DNA of 64,000 nucleotides from the human T2T-CHM13v2.0 reference genome, Homo sapiens, in NCBI RefSeq assembly GCF_009914755.1, contig NC_060925.1; one strand, written 5' to 3'. The position numbers and the translations under genes are program-made. The notes under the pieces were generated by a model that saw only the letters and a list, made by a program, of their open reading frames with translations, had not been told where the DNA came from and made no database searches. Positions 43,777-56,567 of this stretch are shown in pieces (the first letter of the stretch is position 1; each line of letters starts with the position of its first letter).

Positions 43777-46700
43777 CTAAAGAGAGCTGCTTCCCCACTA
43801 GCAACCCTTCAGGAATAATTGACTCCAGCACCAAAAAAAAAAAAAACCCTATATTGTAGCACCCCTACATTGAACAGTCTATTTCTGAGCCTTCCTTGCT
43901 TCTCTTTCCAAGCCCACCCAGAGCAGCCCTAGCAAAGGAATGAAGTATTAGAAGAGAGAACCATTCCGGGGTTTATTCACCCATGTACTGACATTTGCTA
44001 CATGACAGACACTGCTCCAGGCAAGGAGGCAGTTGCGGGTCACAAAGAGAACAAGCCTATGTTCTTGCCCTCAAGGACCTAGTTTTATTGCAAAAGAGAG
44101 TTGAGGGAAGAAAATAAATTGTGGTATAAATAGAGAGAAAAAAATTATGGCCCATTATAGAACTGAAAGCCTCCAGGTCTCCAAATCAAAATCCAGTTGT
44201 ACCTGATGATTGAAACCCGAGGCCAGTGGGAATGCCTGAGGGGCACTGGGGGAGTGTTGGGAGGTTACAAGGGAACTAGCAAATGCTGCTGCAGCGAATC
44301 TTTGGGAACAGATGGATTTCCAGGGAAGGCAACCACCTGAGAGAGGGAGAGGGAGAGCTGATCAGGATAGAGTCAAAAGTTTTAACACCAAAGATGCAAA
44401 AATAGTAGAGTCAATGAAAGTTTTATGGCTGCCCTTACAGTGTTTTTCTGGCAGTTGTTCTCCCATGAAGGGAAAGCAGATGACATACGGATTGAATGAG
44501 CAAGGAGGTTGAGGTCTTCAAATATCTGTACTTATGAACAGCTGCTATGGGAGGAGGATGGGCCAAAGATAAGGTGTGGGGGGCTGGGGGTTGAGTTGAG
44601 AAAGGCCTGCAGGACTGCCTCTCCACTTCCTTGAGTTACTCCCCACCCTACCCCCAACTCCCTCCTGTGTCTGTTCTGGCCCTGGCCTCTGAAGCATGAA
44701 GGTCACTGTGGCTTTGGCACCATTAGCCTGAGTGGTTTTAATGATGTGGCCCAAAAGTGGTCTGTAAAGCAACAGTGAAAACACATGCACTGGAGCAATT
44801 CCAGTCAGATGGTACCTAATCCGTGCTCTGCCAGCAATCTGCTGCATGACCTTGGGTAGGCTGTGGGTTAGACTCAGTATACAACATCTGAGATTCCTTC
44901 TGTATGAATGTTCTTTATGGAATTCTAAACTTCACACATGTTCTTGGTCTCTAAACTTCTAAAAGCACTGTAGATTACTCAGAGATAAAAGGGTCTGTTG
45001 AATGAAGAACTCCAACAAATACATTTTTTACTTCTTACCACATATTTTGTAAACAATAATTGGGATGTCTACCCATAGTATCTAACTTAATCACAAGACA
45101 TTTATTGAAGGCTTATTGCACATTAAGCAATTGGGCTAATATTCCAGAACTAGGTTGTGATAGTATTAACATCTATAGGTTGAACACTGTCATGTATATC
45201 ATCTCCCATAACCCTCAGTTCTGGAAAGGTAGGTATTATCTTCCTCATTTACAAAGAGAAAAAACAAAGGCTTCAAGAGATCAAGAAACCTGATCAAGGG
45301 CACACAGTGAGAAAAGCACAGGGCCAAGATTAAAAACCCATGGTGGTCTGACTCCAGAATCTGAATACTTTACTGAGATTTATTGCCTCTTCTGGAAATA
45401 ATTATAGGTGGCTTAGAAAGAATAAGTAACTCTTGCATGAACCAAGCATATCAAATTTGCTGCTGGTCTAAGCAGTACGTTCTCCTCCCTCACCAGGTTT
45501 ATTTTCCAATGCCCTCAGAACTTCCTACCAGCAGCCACTAACTCAGTTGCTCATCAGATTCCTGCTACGCAACTTTTGAGGATGGCTGGATGGCTGACCC
45601 ACCTAGCAGCCTTCTTTGTCCAAACTCCTTATGCCAGATTAATTCTCTTTACGGGAATAGTTGTGGGAAGCTTTTCACAGGAAGGAAACTGAGCCCACAT
45701 GACAATATTGCCCAGAATTTGAATGTTACATTTTCCTGGGCTAAAGAAACCTTGCCAAGAGCCCTCTGTGATATTTGTTTTGTAGTTGTTATTTAAACTG
45801 AAGAGCTACTGAGCTGCTTGATCAGACAATGAGGTAGACGACAGTTTAACTTTCCAGAAGCCAGGTGCCAGGAACCATGGATCTCTTTCTTTGTGGCTGA
45901 GATCTGAACCTCAGGATGGAAGAAGAGTCTTAAGTCACCTTAGATGGTCCTGGAGCTGCCGAACTGTTAGGCCCTGCAAAAGTCCTGGAAGCCAACAGAA
46001 TTACTTCACAGGGCCAAGAGGCAGGAACAGGAGGTTACCACTGTGCATTTACAAAATGCTGACCTGAGGTCCCAAAACAACATTCTGCTCATAGATCTAG
46101 AACAAAGGAAAGGACCTTAATTGACATAAGCCAGTGATGATAACACATCAGGCTTGAACACAAACTCAGTGAGTGCAAAGCAACTCATGGGAGAAAATAG
46201 AACTGAATGTACAGTTGACATACAGGCAAATCTTGCATACTGCTGGCAGTGGAGAGCAACCTGCGTAAGTGTTCCCCTAAGATATCCCCAGGAGGGAGGT
46301 ACCAGGGATGTCTATTAGATTTCCCCACCTACTAAAGAATATCAGCATTCCCACTGCTGGAAAGACCTCAGACAACTTTCACGTTGCAGATGAGAAATCT
46401 GACAGGCAGGGAGGGGAAATGACTGGCCCAAACTCACATGCAGAAGGGGAACTGAAATGCTTTTGCTGACAGCTGTCACAGTGTTCTTTTCCACAGTCTC
46501 AGCATTGCACTGGTTCTTACCCCTTTGTCCCTGAGACATGGTTTCACTGTTTTTCATTGTTTGTGTATAATTGCAGTGACCTTGGTGGCTACCAGCATTG
46601 TATCCCAGGTATTCAACCCAACTGGTGGTGGCAGAGCTTATTTCTAAGTTACTTATCATAGGCAGAGAAGTCAAAGGGCTTTGGAGGTTTGCCGGAAGAA

Positions 46701-46779
46701 GACTTAGGCAGAACAGATGATCAAATATCTGAAAAAACTGAAAGAGGAGTTGTTAGGCTCACTTGTTGCTGCTACAGAA

Positions 46780-46960
46780 CACTGGTTCTCAAAGTGTGGT
46801 CCAGGAACCAGCAGCATTGGAATTACCTGGGAATTTGTCAGAAAGGGAAAATCTTGGGCCTCACTCCAGACCTATTGAATCAGAATCTCGAGAGTGGAGC
46901 CCATCAAAGTGTTTCAAGCCCCAAAAGTGATTATGATATGCTAAAATGTGGGGCCCTCTG
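46780..46960 (+). mobile_element. MER5A
   Basis: 'ggttctcaaagtgtggtcc...cagcagcatt...gacctattgaatcagaatct'. Confidence 0.82.
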
Positions 46961-47311
46961 CCCAAACAGGGTAGGATGTGAGTTAAATTGTCAGGAAGAC
47001 AGATAAGCAAGGACTATGTGACAAGGATGGGTCCCCTGGAAGGTGAGGTGACACTAGATCCGGGCACACAGAATGAACCCTCACCAGCCAAGAGAGTTCT
47101 GAGTGGAGAGCTGCCCTGGGAGGAAAATGCTGAACAGATCACCTCTAGGTGCTCAGCAACTCCAAGATCCTATGACAATTTTTACATGATAAACGGGACA
47201 GAAATACAATTACTTCCCCATTCTGGAATGGAAGCACCACAAAGGCAGGCATTTTTGTGTTTTTATTTTACTTTATTTTAATTTTTTGCTATTATAACTC
47301 CAGTGCCTAGA

Positions 47312-47533
47312 GCAGGGATAGAACTCTTGGCCCAAACCCAGCCCACAGCCTGCTTTCGCAAGTGACATTTTATTGGAACACAACCATGCTCATTCATTGA
47401 CATATCATCTATGGCTGCTTTCACAATCTTGTACTACAACAGCAGAGTTGAATCACAGTGACTGACCGTATGACCCAGGAGACCTAAAATGTTTGCTCTC
47501 TTGTCCTTTATAGAAAAAGTTTGACAATCCTTG
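47312..47533 (+). mobile_element. MER58A inserted in an L2 3' end
   Basis: 'ttttattggaacacaaccatgctcattc...tttatagaaaaagtttgacaatccttg'; L2 resumes to (TGAA)n at ~47590. Confidence 0.8.
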
Positions 47534-50500
47534 ATCTAGGATATTGCCTGAGTCACAATAGATGCTCAACAAACATTTGATGAATGAATGAACCCTTTTC
47601 TCTGTTGGCAGAGAGGTACAGACACCTTGGTCTGGGAGAAAACAGAGATATAGAGGATAAAGCTATTAAATTCAGGGGTGGCCAGACCTGGCCTTGAGTC
47701 CTGGCTTCATCATTTACAAGTGGGGTGACCTTAGGCAAATTATTTAGCTCCCTGTGTGTCATACGCCTCATTTGTAAAGCAGCAATAATACTAGCCATTT
47801 ATAATTAGTATGACAATGAATCAATTTACATACTGCACAGAAAGCATGGAGCCTGATGTGTGTAATTACTGAATACGTGATCCCCAGTTATTAATAACTT
47901 TGAGAAGTCTTTGATGAGAGGAGTTCAGACATGTAGGTTTGGACACAATGGAACAAGGAGTTGACAATCAGAAGGTCTAGGCTGTCCTCGGTTCTACCAC
48001 CATGCAAGAGCTCTCTGTAGAAGCAGGAGAAAGGGCAAATTCAGAGATTGTAATTAAGCAGCTCAACATTTAAATTTGTGGAAAGCTACTAGGTAGATAA
48101 TTTACATATGATTATCTTTAAGATAGTGTATAAAGAGGCAAGATTTCATTGGTTATAGATGTTCGGGTGTTTTCTAGTAGTGAAAACTAGTAATTCATCT
48201 ATATTTTCTCACATATTCCCCTGATAACCAACTGCAAACAGCTGTCTGGGTGTCAGGGCTGGACAGCCCAAGGTCATGGGAACCCTCAGAAGCTACCTGG
48301 TCATAGAGGGACTGACCTTGCCCTCTCACCAGCTGACAATGGAGTTCTCCAAGAGGGTAGTGTTTTCTCAAACAGTGCAAGCATAGCCCCTTTGTGTTAG
48401 GTTGGTAGTGTTTTTATTGTTTTCTGGCAGGAATTCTTTCCATATCCTAGGTGTTCTGGCAGAAGTCTCCAAACCCTCCAGTGCCCCAGGGTAAGCCAGA
48501 AACAATAAATCACGGGCAAGTATAAATCCACACTGGCAGGAGACTGAGTCAGAAACATGTTGCAACTTAGGACTGCAAATGCCCATGTTTATAGCTTCCC
48601 TGATTCTGAGATTTTGCAAATTACCCTGCATGCCTGTTTCCAGCATACCAATTTTTCTCAGTAACATTGAGGAAAGCGTGGTAATTTCCAGAATTCTTTA
48701 GAGTACGCTGGCAAGTGCAATTTCACATGTGAGGAAAAACACCTGGAAGCTCACTCCTCTCCTTCGTTCACATGTGTCGAGCCCCACCCCAGAGCCCTCA
48801 AATCACAGATTCCATTAAGAACTGTTCATCTTCAACATGTAGAACTTAATTATGGATATCTACAGAGTGTGAGAATCTGCTGTATTTCTTCCAAGACATA
48901 GAGGTTTAATAAAAAGGAAAACTGAAGAGGTATAACCCAGATTTTTATTTATTCATGTTTATATCTTCTTATATATCAGGATCCAGAACACTGGAATCCC
49001 TCTCCTGTAAGTCAATTACAATTTACATGCAGAGAAAAACACAGGGTTTTCTGTCTCTAAAGTTCCTACCTAGGTCACTCTCCTCTAACCTTCAATCCAT
49101 AAACATCAGCTATCATCCAATAACCTGATTGCCACCTCCCACCAAGCACATTCCAAAACAGTGACAAAATTTGTGTGTCCCACTTGAAACTGAAACAGTT
49201 GCTACACCCTTGTAAAAGGCACAACACTTGATCCAAAGGCTTCCATAAACAACCGTAGACCCATTCCAGATCATATGAGGAAAAATCCTTGAAAAGTATG
49301 GGAGCTTGGCAGGTGGTGGGAACATAGAAGGAGCTTTGAGTGAGAAGGTCTGGAGTGGTTCCAGCTTCCATGCTCATGCATGAACTCATAATCCACCTTA
49401 TTCTCCTTCCATGACCCTTTCCGGCCTCACACAGAACACATGCTTTTCTCTCAAGCAATTAAACTTAGAAGTATCTTATGCTATTACAGTGAACTAGCCA
49501 AACTCACGGGTGACCCTCTAATAAGTCCTGAGTTTCCTGCAATGCAATAACAAAGTAGATGGTATTTTTCCAGTAAAGAGAGACAAGGGAGACTTCGGGC
49601 AAGGATTGGCTCCTTCCCTCAACTCTATTCACTCTTGGTCACCTTTGGACCATCTCAATACAGGTAGGGCCATGGGCCTCATTATCCTTCAACAAGAAGG
49701 TGGCTTTTCCTCAGGAAGTGGAAGGCCCCTATGCAATTCTAATGGGTTTAGTTAACAACACTAATGGATGGAATCGCAAGGTTCTATTGAGGTTTCATTG
49801 TATTATTTTGCACAAAACCTCAAGAAATCAACAGAGTCTTTCTGTAGATAACACAGTCCAGGACTTCAGAACTGGTCTCTTCATCTTCCAGGGCCCTGGC
49901 TATCGCCAGGCTGCTATGGAATAACTATACCCATGAATCTGGATGTTTGGCTCTGCTTAGCTTAAGTAAAGTAATTTCTGATCCAAATCTGGTCAGCCTC
50001 CCCCATCACTGCCTCAGCCAAGACACTGGCCTCATTCTTCATGGAATGGAGCTCTTCCTCCCTGCCTTCCCTTGGTGTCCTCACCCTGGAGCCAACAAGG
50101 GCACACCCACCAGCAGCCCTCCTTGTGGAGCCCACCTCAGGCTCCCTACTGGCATTCTGGGCTATGGCCTGGAGCTTTTCTCTGTTCCAAAGGTCTCTCT
50201 CATCTTTCCTCCAATGATTTGATCTTTCCTATCCCATGCTCACCTCCAACACTTCTTCCAAGTCACTAGAGTGACCCTCTGCTCCTGCCTTCTGCCAAGC
50301 ATCCTTCTTCCATTTTCCCACCATCTCCTGCAATACCTCCTCTTCCCTTAGGCTTTCCTGGGCAGATGAGAAGAGAGGTAGTGTTTTCTCTCTCCTCTAC
50401 CCTGGCTAATCTTTCAGTCTCGACTCCCAAAACACACCTGAACAAAAAGCCAAAACAGCAAAAATGACCAGTTGGTGGAGTGAGGAAGGAGACGATAAGA

Positions 50501-50844
50501 TTGCTGGGAAGGGAGAGGAATGAATCTCTCCCGCTTCGTCCCCCACCAAGTAAGACTGAGGGGAACTGGGAAAGAGAACTCAGTCAACCCTGGGAGGACA
50601 AGAAATAGATGTACAAGTATCTGGAATACTCTTAGCTTAAAACCCACACATTCATATGCACACATTATTCACCCAGTGAGTGAGAGGTCACTAAGGAATG
50701 CAGGTTTTCTTTTTGCCTGACTCCTGTTCCGCTTAGCCCTGACCTCTAATTTTCTTATTCTTTTCTCACTACTTTAAACTTATACTGCTTTATTTTTTTA
50801 TTATCCAAATAGGCCACTGGAGTCCTTTCTGAAACTAGATGAGT

Positions 50845-51000
50845 CATTCATTTATTTATTTATTTACTTATTTATTTATTTTAGAGACAGGCTCTTGCTA
50901 TGTTGCCCAGGTGAATCTCCAACTCCCAGCATCATGTTGATCCTCCCACCTCAGCCTTCCAAAGTGTTTCAATTACAGGCCTGAGCCACCATGTCTGGCC
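50845..51000 (-). mobile_element. FLAM Alu monomer
   Basis: Single monomer with (TTTA)n tail. Confidence 0.8.
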
Positions 51001-52529
51001 TAAGATGGATCTTACTCACAACTACTCACATATCTTGTTCTGCTCCCATCCACACAGATAAACACAAGTGACCCTCAAACAACCAAGAACACACATAAAC
51101 AAGCAGCTGGAGGCCCACATCAGCGATCTGCAGTGATAAGAGCTGAATGAGGTGTGTGTCCACGAATAGACTGAAGTATTTGTTCAGGAAGCCCAAAGAT
51201 AAACATATTGGTATACATAGGTCCATTTTGAACAGTGGATGAGAAGGCTCCTGGCCTGGGTTTTCCAGGAAAGAGAGTGAATGAGGGCAGAGGTGAGCGC
51301 GCACAGGAGAGACAAAAGTGGGTGGATGAGGGGGGATCTAGGAGGTATGAGAGATACTGTGTGGTGTGCAGAGACCCCAGGAGTGTGCTGCTTGGTTGAT
51401 GTTATTATTCTGGTCTGTAGGTGTCTATCTGAATGTGCTTGCCTGTCTTAGGCTGTGAACCTCTAGAGGACAGGACTGGGCCCACATCCATTGCTGTCCC
51501 ATGCTTCATCAGGCCCAAAGAGCCTATTGCGGGTGAGCAGCACTGTGCTTACAGGTTTGTTGACTGACTCAATGACTTGACTCCCAGCCTTGAGTGTCTG
51601 TAAGTGCCCAGTGAATTCCAGAGGAATATGATAAAATGCACTTTCTCCAGGGCTTTACTGAAACAGAGTTCTTTGCCAGGCTGGAATCATTTTGGTATTG
51701 TCCTACTAAAAAATAGAAGATGTGCTCCAAGAGCTGTCCACAGCCTCTTTAGTCTTAGAATTGCTGTGATGAGATTCCCAGAACTTAAAGATATAATCTA
51801 TGTTTTCACTGGTTGTCTCCAAGTTTGTTTCCCTCAAAAGCAGAAAAGGTGTAAGCCTTATTCAAATTTGCATTTCCAGAGCTTAGACCCATATTAAACA
51901 TCCTGTGTGCTTCAGAAATACTGACTGAGAGAATGCTGGAATGAATGAGCACAGGCCTGAAAAGTGAAGTCCAACCCAGCCTCCATTCCCAGCACTGCCT
52001 CCCTCAGTATTGTACCAGGCAAGAGCCAAGTGATTGACCAACATTGCAGAGCTCCCTACTCCTGGCTCCTGCAGGCATTTGAGTTTGCAGCCTCTTAGGA
52101 AAACACTAGTATAATTCCTATTTATAGAAGTCCTGTTTGATTTATAAGCCTGAGATTCAAAAAATGTCACTAATATTTTTGAAGTCACATTGCTAAGAGG
52201 TAAAGCCAACACTGGTCTTCTAGACCTCAAAGTTCATTTTAGTAACCACTCTTAATTCCTACACTCATACTAGCTGCATGACCATTGCTTCATTACTTGA
52301 GTGCTCAAGCCAAAGTTCCCTCATCTGTAAGATGAGAGTCATAAAAACTACTTAAAATATTTGTGAGATGTAGATTACATATATGAAACATAAGCAGATA
52401 AATAACTATACTTTTCAAGAGACTTACCCTTAAAATTTGAAGGAAACAGGCACATGAAGAGTCTTCTTACCTAAACCAACTTAGGCAAGAAGTTATATTC
52501 ATATGGAACCTCCTCCTTGAAATAAAATA

Positions 52530-53425
52530 ATGATCAACATTAGAGAAATGCAATTCAGTACCACAATGAGATACCATCTCACACCAGTCAGAATGGCTAC
52601 TATCAAAAAGCCAAAAAACAAAAGATGCTGGTGAGGCTGCAGAGAAACGGGAATGCTTACACACTGTTGGTGGGAGTGTAAATTATTTTAGCCACTGTGG
52701 AAAGCAGTTTGGAGATTTCTCAAAGAGCTAAAAACGGAATTACCATTCAACCCACAACCCTATTACTAGGTATATACCCAAAAGAAAATAAATTGTTCTA
52801 CCAAAAAGACACATATACTCATATGTTCATTGCAGCCATATTCACAATAGCCAAAACATGGAATCAACCAGGTGCCCATCAATGGTGGACTGGATTTAAA
52901 AATATGTGGTACATATGCACCATAGGAATACTATGCAGCCACAAAAACAATGAAGTCATATCCTTTACAGCAATATGGATGCAGCTGGAGACCATTATCC
53001 TAAGCGAATTAATGCAGGAATTGAAAATCAAATACTACATGCTCTTACTTACAAGTGGGAGCTAAACCTGCAGCACTCATGGACATAGAGATATCAACAA
53101 TAGACACTACGGACTACTAAAAAGGGAGGGAGAGAGTGGGGCCAAGGGTTCATATACTAACTATTGGGCACTATGCTCAGTACCTGGGTGACGGGATCAA
53201 TCGTTTCCCAAACCTCAGCATCACACATTGAGGTATTCCATTGTGTGACAAAACCACAACCTATTCCTCCATTCAACTATCAATAGGTATTTGGGTTGTC
53301 TCCAATTTATACTTACTATCAATAGTGCAACTACATCTTTTAATGAGTTTGTTATATGCATGTAACAAACCTGCACATGTACCCCAAATCTAAAATAAAA
53401 ATTGACATTTTAAAAAATAAAAAAG
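52530..53425 (+). mobile_element. L1PB-type 3' end containing a ~120-bp foreign insertion (53233-53352)
   Basis: ORF2 C-terminus 'LLGIYPKENKLFYQKDT..MFIAAIFTIAKTWNQP'; 3' UTR 'aacctcagcatcacac|insert|tatatgcatgtaacaaacctgcacatgtacccc'. Confidence 0.9.
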
Positions 53426-53716
53426 TAACTAATTTAAAAAACGATCAAGTTTTCATCCACTTACCCTTTTATTCAGCGAATACATATCAAGGGCCTTCTG
53501 TGTGGCAGTTGGTACCCAGGGACTAAAAAGCCCAGTGGAAAAGTGGGCTTTGACTCAGGAGACTTAGATACATCCTCCCTCCCTCTTATCTTTACTAGCT
53601 GAGTGAATTTGAGCAAGTCCCTTAACTTCTACAACCCTCAATTTTCTCGTCTGTAAAATGGGAATGATAATACCTAATGCATACAGCTCTGAGGTGTAAG
53701 AAAGACTTATATACTG

Positions 53717-54005
53717 CCCAGGCATAGTGGCTCACACCTGTAATCCCAGCAGTTTGGGAGGCAGAGGCAGGTGATCTCCTGAGCCCAGGAGTTTGAGACC
53801 AGCCTGGGCAACATGGTGAATGAAACCCCTGTCTCCACAAAAAATGCACAACTTAGCTGGGCTTGGTGGCGGGAGCCTGTAGTCCCAGCTAGTCTGGAGG
53901 CTGAAGTGGAAGGATGTCTTGAACCCAGCGAGGTGGAGGCAAGGCTGTAGTGAACCATGATTGTGTCACTGCACTCCTGCCTGGGTGACAGAGATATCTT
54001 AGGAA
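53717..54005 (+). mobile_element. AluJ within a MIR
   Basis: Diverged dimer; TSD-like AAAGACTTATATAC / GAAACTTATGTAC. Confidence 0.85.
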
Positions 54006-54102
54006 AAATGAAACTTATGTACAAAAAGGACCAAGTTCAGTCTCTGATACAATGCACATACCTACAAATACCTACACCTATAATGACAGCTACTACTCCC
54101 GT

Positions 54103-54832
54103 CGTTGGCCTACTAAGGGCAGGGCAGTGGGAACAGCCAGTTCAGCTCAACAGTAGTCACAGCAATTGTTTAGAACTTAGATTAGCAAATTATTTACTGG
54201 GGAGAGGGGTGTATTTTATCACTGATATTGTTAAGAATTGCCAGTGCATAGTAATAATTAAAAAGCAAACTCACTCTTAGTCCATTTTATTATTGTTTTA
54301 AATTCACTGCACACAGCCTGGCACGGTGGCTCATGCCTGTAACCCCAGCACTTCCAAAGGCTGAGGCGGGTGGATCACGAGGTCAGAAGTTCAAGACCAG
54401 CCTGGCCAACATAGTGAAACCCCGTCTCTACTAAAAATACAAAAAATTAGCCAGGTGAGGTGGCATGCGCCTGTAGTCCCAGCTACTCAGGAAGCTGAGG
54501 CAGGAGAATGGCTTAGAACCTGGGAGGCAGAGGTTGCAGTGAGCCAAGATCACGCCACTGCACTCCAGCCTGGGTTACAGAGCAAGACACTGTCTCAAAA
54601 AAAAAAAAAAAATTAGCCAGGCATGGTGGCGCGTGCCTGTAGTTCCAGCTACTCACGAGGCTGAGGCAGGAGAATCGCTTGAATCCAGGAGGTGGAGGTT
54701 GCAGTGAGCAGATATCACATCAGCTTAGACAACAAAATGACACTTCACCCAAAAAAAAAATTCCCACAGACAACGCACTCCTGGCTGTGCCTCGGACAGT
54801 CCACTTTCACCACCAGTCCTGGGTAAGCACTG
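54103..54832 (-). mobile_element. MER97-like hAT-Tip100 element interrupted by a three-arm Alu (54316-54760, +)
   Basis: Terminal 'tggcctactaagggcagggcagtggga' and internal text matching recalled MER97; the Alu has left-right-right arms. Confidence 0.65.
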
Positions 54833-55224
54833 GATTACATATTGGTGCCAAAAGGTGACAATCAGAATTATTTGGCACTGTTATAACCACACCTACATTA
54901 ACACCTTTTGGATTCTACATATAAAATCAATACGCTTTGTTAGATAACAGCAAAAGTCTGAATTCAAAAAAATTAAAATAGAAAAAACATTTTATTAAAG
55001 TACGATGCACATTTTATAAAAGCACATATACAGTATAGCCTGCTGAAACTCCACACTTACGTGAACAGAACTCAAACGAACACGGCCAGCACCCAAAAGC
55101 CCCCTCATGCCAACTTCTGGTCACTACCACTTTCACCTGTTTTTGTAAATAAAATTTGTACAGCAAGCGCCCTATATGTCTGGCTTCTTTTGCTGAACAT
55201 CATGTTTCTGAGATTCATCCATAT

Positions 55225-56567
55225 TGTGTCCAGAATTGGTGGGTTCCTGGTCTCGCTGACTTCAAGAATGAAGCCGCTGACCCTCGTGGTGAGTGTTGCA
55301 GTTCTTAAAGATGGCGTGTCCGGAGTTTGTTCCTTCAGATACTCACATGTGTCCAGAGTTTCTTCCTTCTGGTGGGTTCGTGGTCTTGCTGATTTCAGGA
55401 GTGAAGCTGCAGACCTCTGCAGTGAGTGTTACAGCTCTTAAAGGCAGTACATCCAGAGTTGTTTGTTCTTTCCAGTGAGTTTGTGGTCTTGCTGGCTTCA
55501 GAGGTGAAGCTGCAGACCTTCACGGTGAGTGTTACAGCTCATAAGGGCAGCGCGGACCCAAAGAGCGAACAACAGCGAGATTTATTGCCAAGAATGAAAG
55601 AACAAGCTTCCACACCACGGAAAAAAATCTGAGTGGGTTGCCTGCACACTGCTCACTTGGGAAGCCTGCTTTTATTGCCTTATCTGGCCCCACCCACATC
55701 CTGCTGACTGGTCCATTTTACAGAAAGCTGATTGGTCCATTTTACAGAGGGCTGATTGGTCCATTTTGACAGGGTGCTGATTGGTGCATTTACAATCCTC
55801 TAGCTAGACACAAAGTGCTGATTGGTGCATTTACAATCCTCTAGCTAGACATAAAAGTTCTCCAGGTCCCCACCAGATTAGCTAGACACAGAGTGCTGAT
55901 TGGTGCATGTAGAGTCTTCCAGCTAGACTTAAAAGTTCTCCAAGACCCCAGCTGACTCCGGAGCATAGCTGGCTTCACCTGGTGGATCCCAGGCCAGGGC
56001 CATGCCAGGGTCAGTGGGACTGGGTGCCCGGAGCAGGGGGTGGGGCCGGTCGGGGAGGCTGGGGCTGCGTGGGAACTTGGGGGAGAAGGGGGAGCGCTTG
56101 GGCATGGCAGAGCACTTGGGTATGGCGGGCTGCAGGTCCCGAGCCGTGCCCTTTAGGGAGGCGGCTGAGGCCCAGCGAGAATTCAAGAACTGTGCAGGCA
56201 GGCCAGTAGTGCTGGGAGACCTGGCGCACCCTCTGCAGCTGCTGGCCTGGGTGCTAAGCCCCTCATTGCCTGGGGCCAGTGGCATGGGCTGGCCTCTCCG
56301 AGTGCGGGGCCTACCAAGCCTGCACCCACCCACCCGGAACTTGCTCTGGCCCGCGAGTGCTGTGCGCAGCCCCGGTTCCTGCCAGTGCCTCTCCCTCCAC
56401 ACCTCCCCACAAGCAGAGGGAGCCAGCTCCAGCCTCGGCCAGCCCAGAGAGGGGCTCCCACAGTGCAGCGGCGGGCTGAAGGGCTCCTCAAGCGCTGCCA
56501 GAGTGGACACCGAGGCCAAGGAGGCACAGAGAGTGAGCGAGGGCTGCTAGCACGTTGTCACCTCTCA
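55225..56567 (-). mobile_element. ERV9 solo LTR, LTR12D/E-like (1343 bp)
   Basis: Minus starts TGAGAGGTGACAACGTGCTAGCAGCCC and ends ..CTGGACACA; perfect 4-bp TSD ATAT (55221-24, 56568-71); tandem CCAAT repeats; GC-rich U3. Confidence 0.95.
55670..55903 (-). promoter_or_regulatory. LTR12 promoter module: five CCAAT (NF-Y) boxes, a GATA site and a TATA-like AATAAAA
   Basis: ATTGG at 55731, 55755, 55780, 55821, 55899; CTTATCT 55679-85; TTTTATT 55670-76. Confidence 0.7.

Noticed and set aside
51085-51150. Myosin-like coiled-coil peptide KQLEAHISDLQ
   Set aside because: Too short, followed by two stops, with no further colinear homology
55700-55930. Regularly spaced repeats resembling a CRISPR-like or novel array
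   Set aside because: These are the known tandem CCAAT enhancer repeats of LTR12, in a eukaryotic context with no unique spacers
55929-56550. Long overlapping ORFs of 182-196 aa
   Set aside because: They lie within the GC-rich U3 of LTR12, which is stop-poor on both strands
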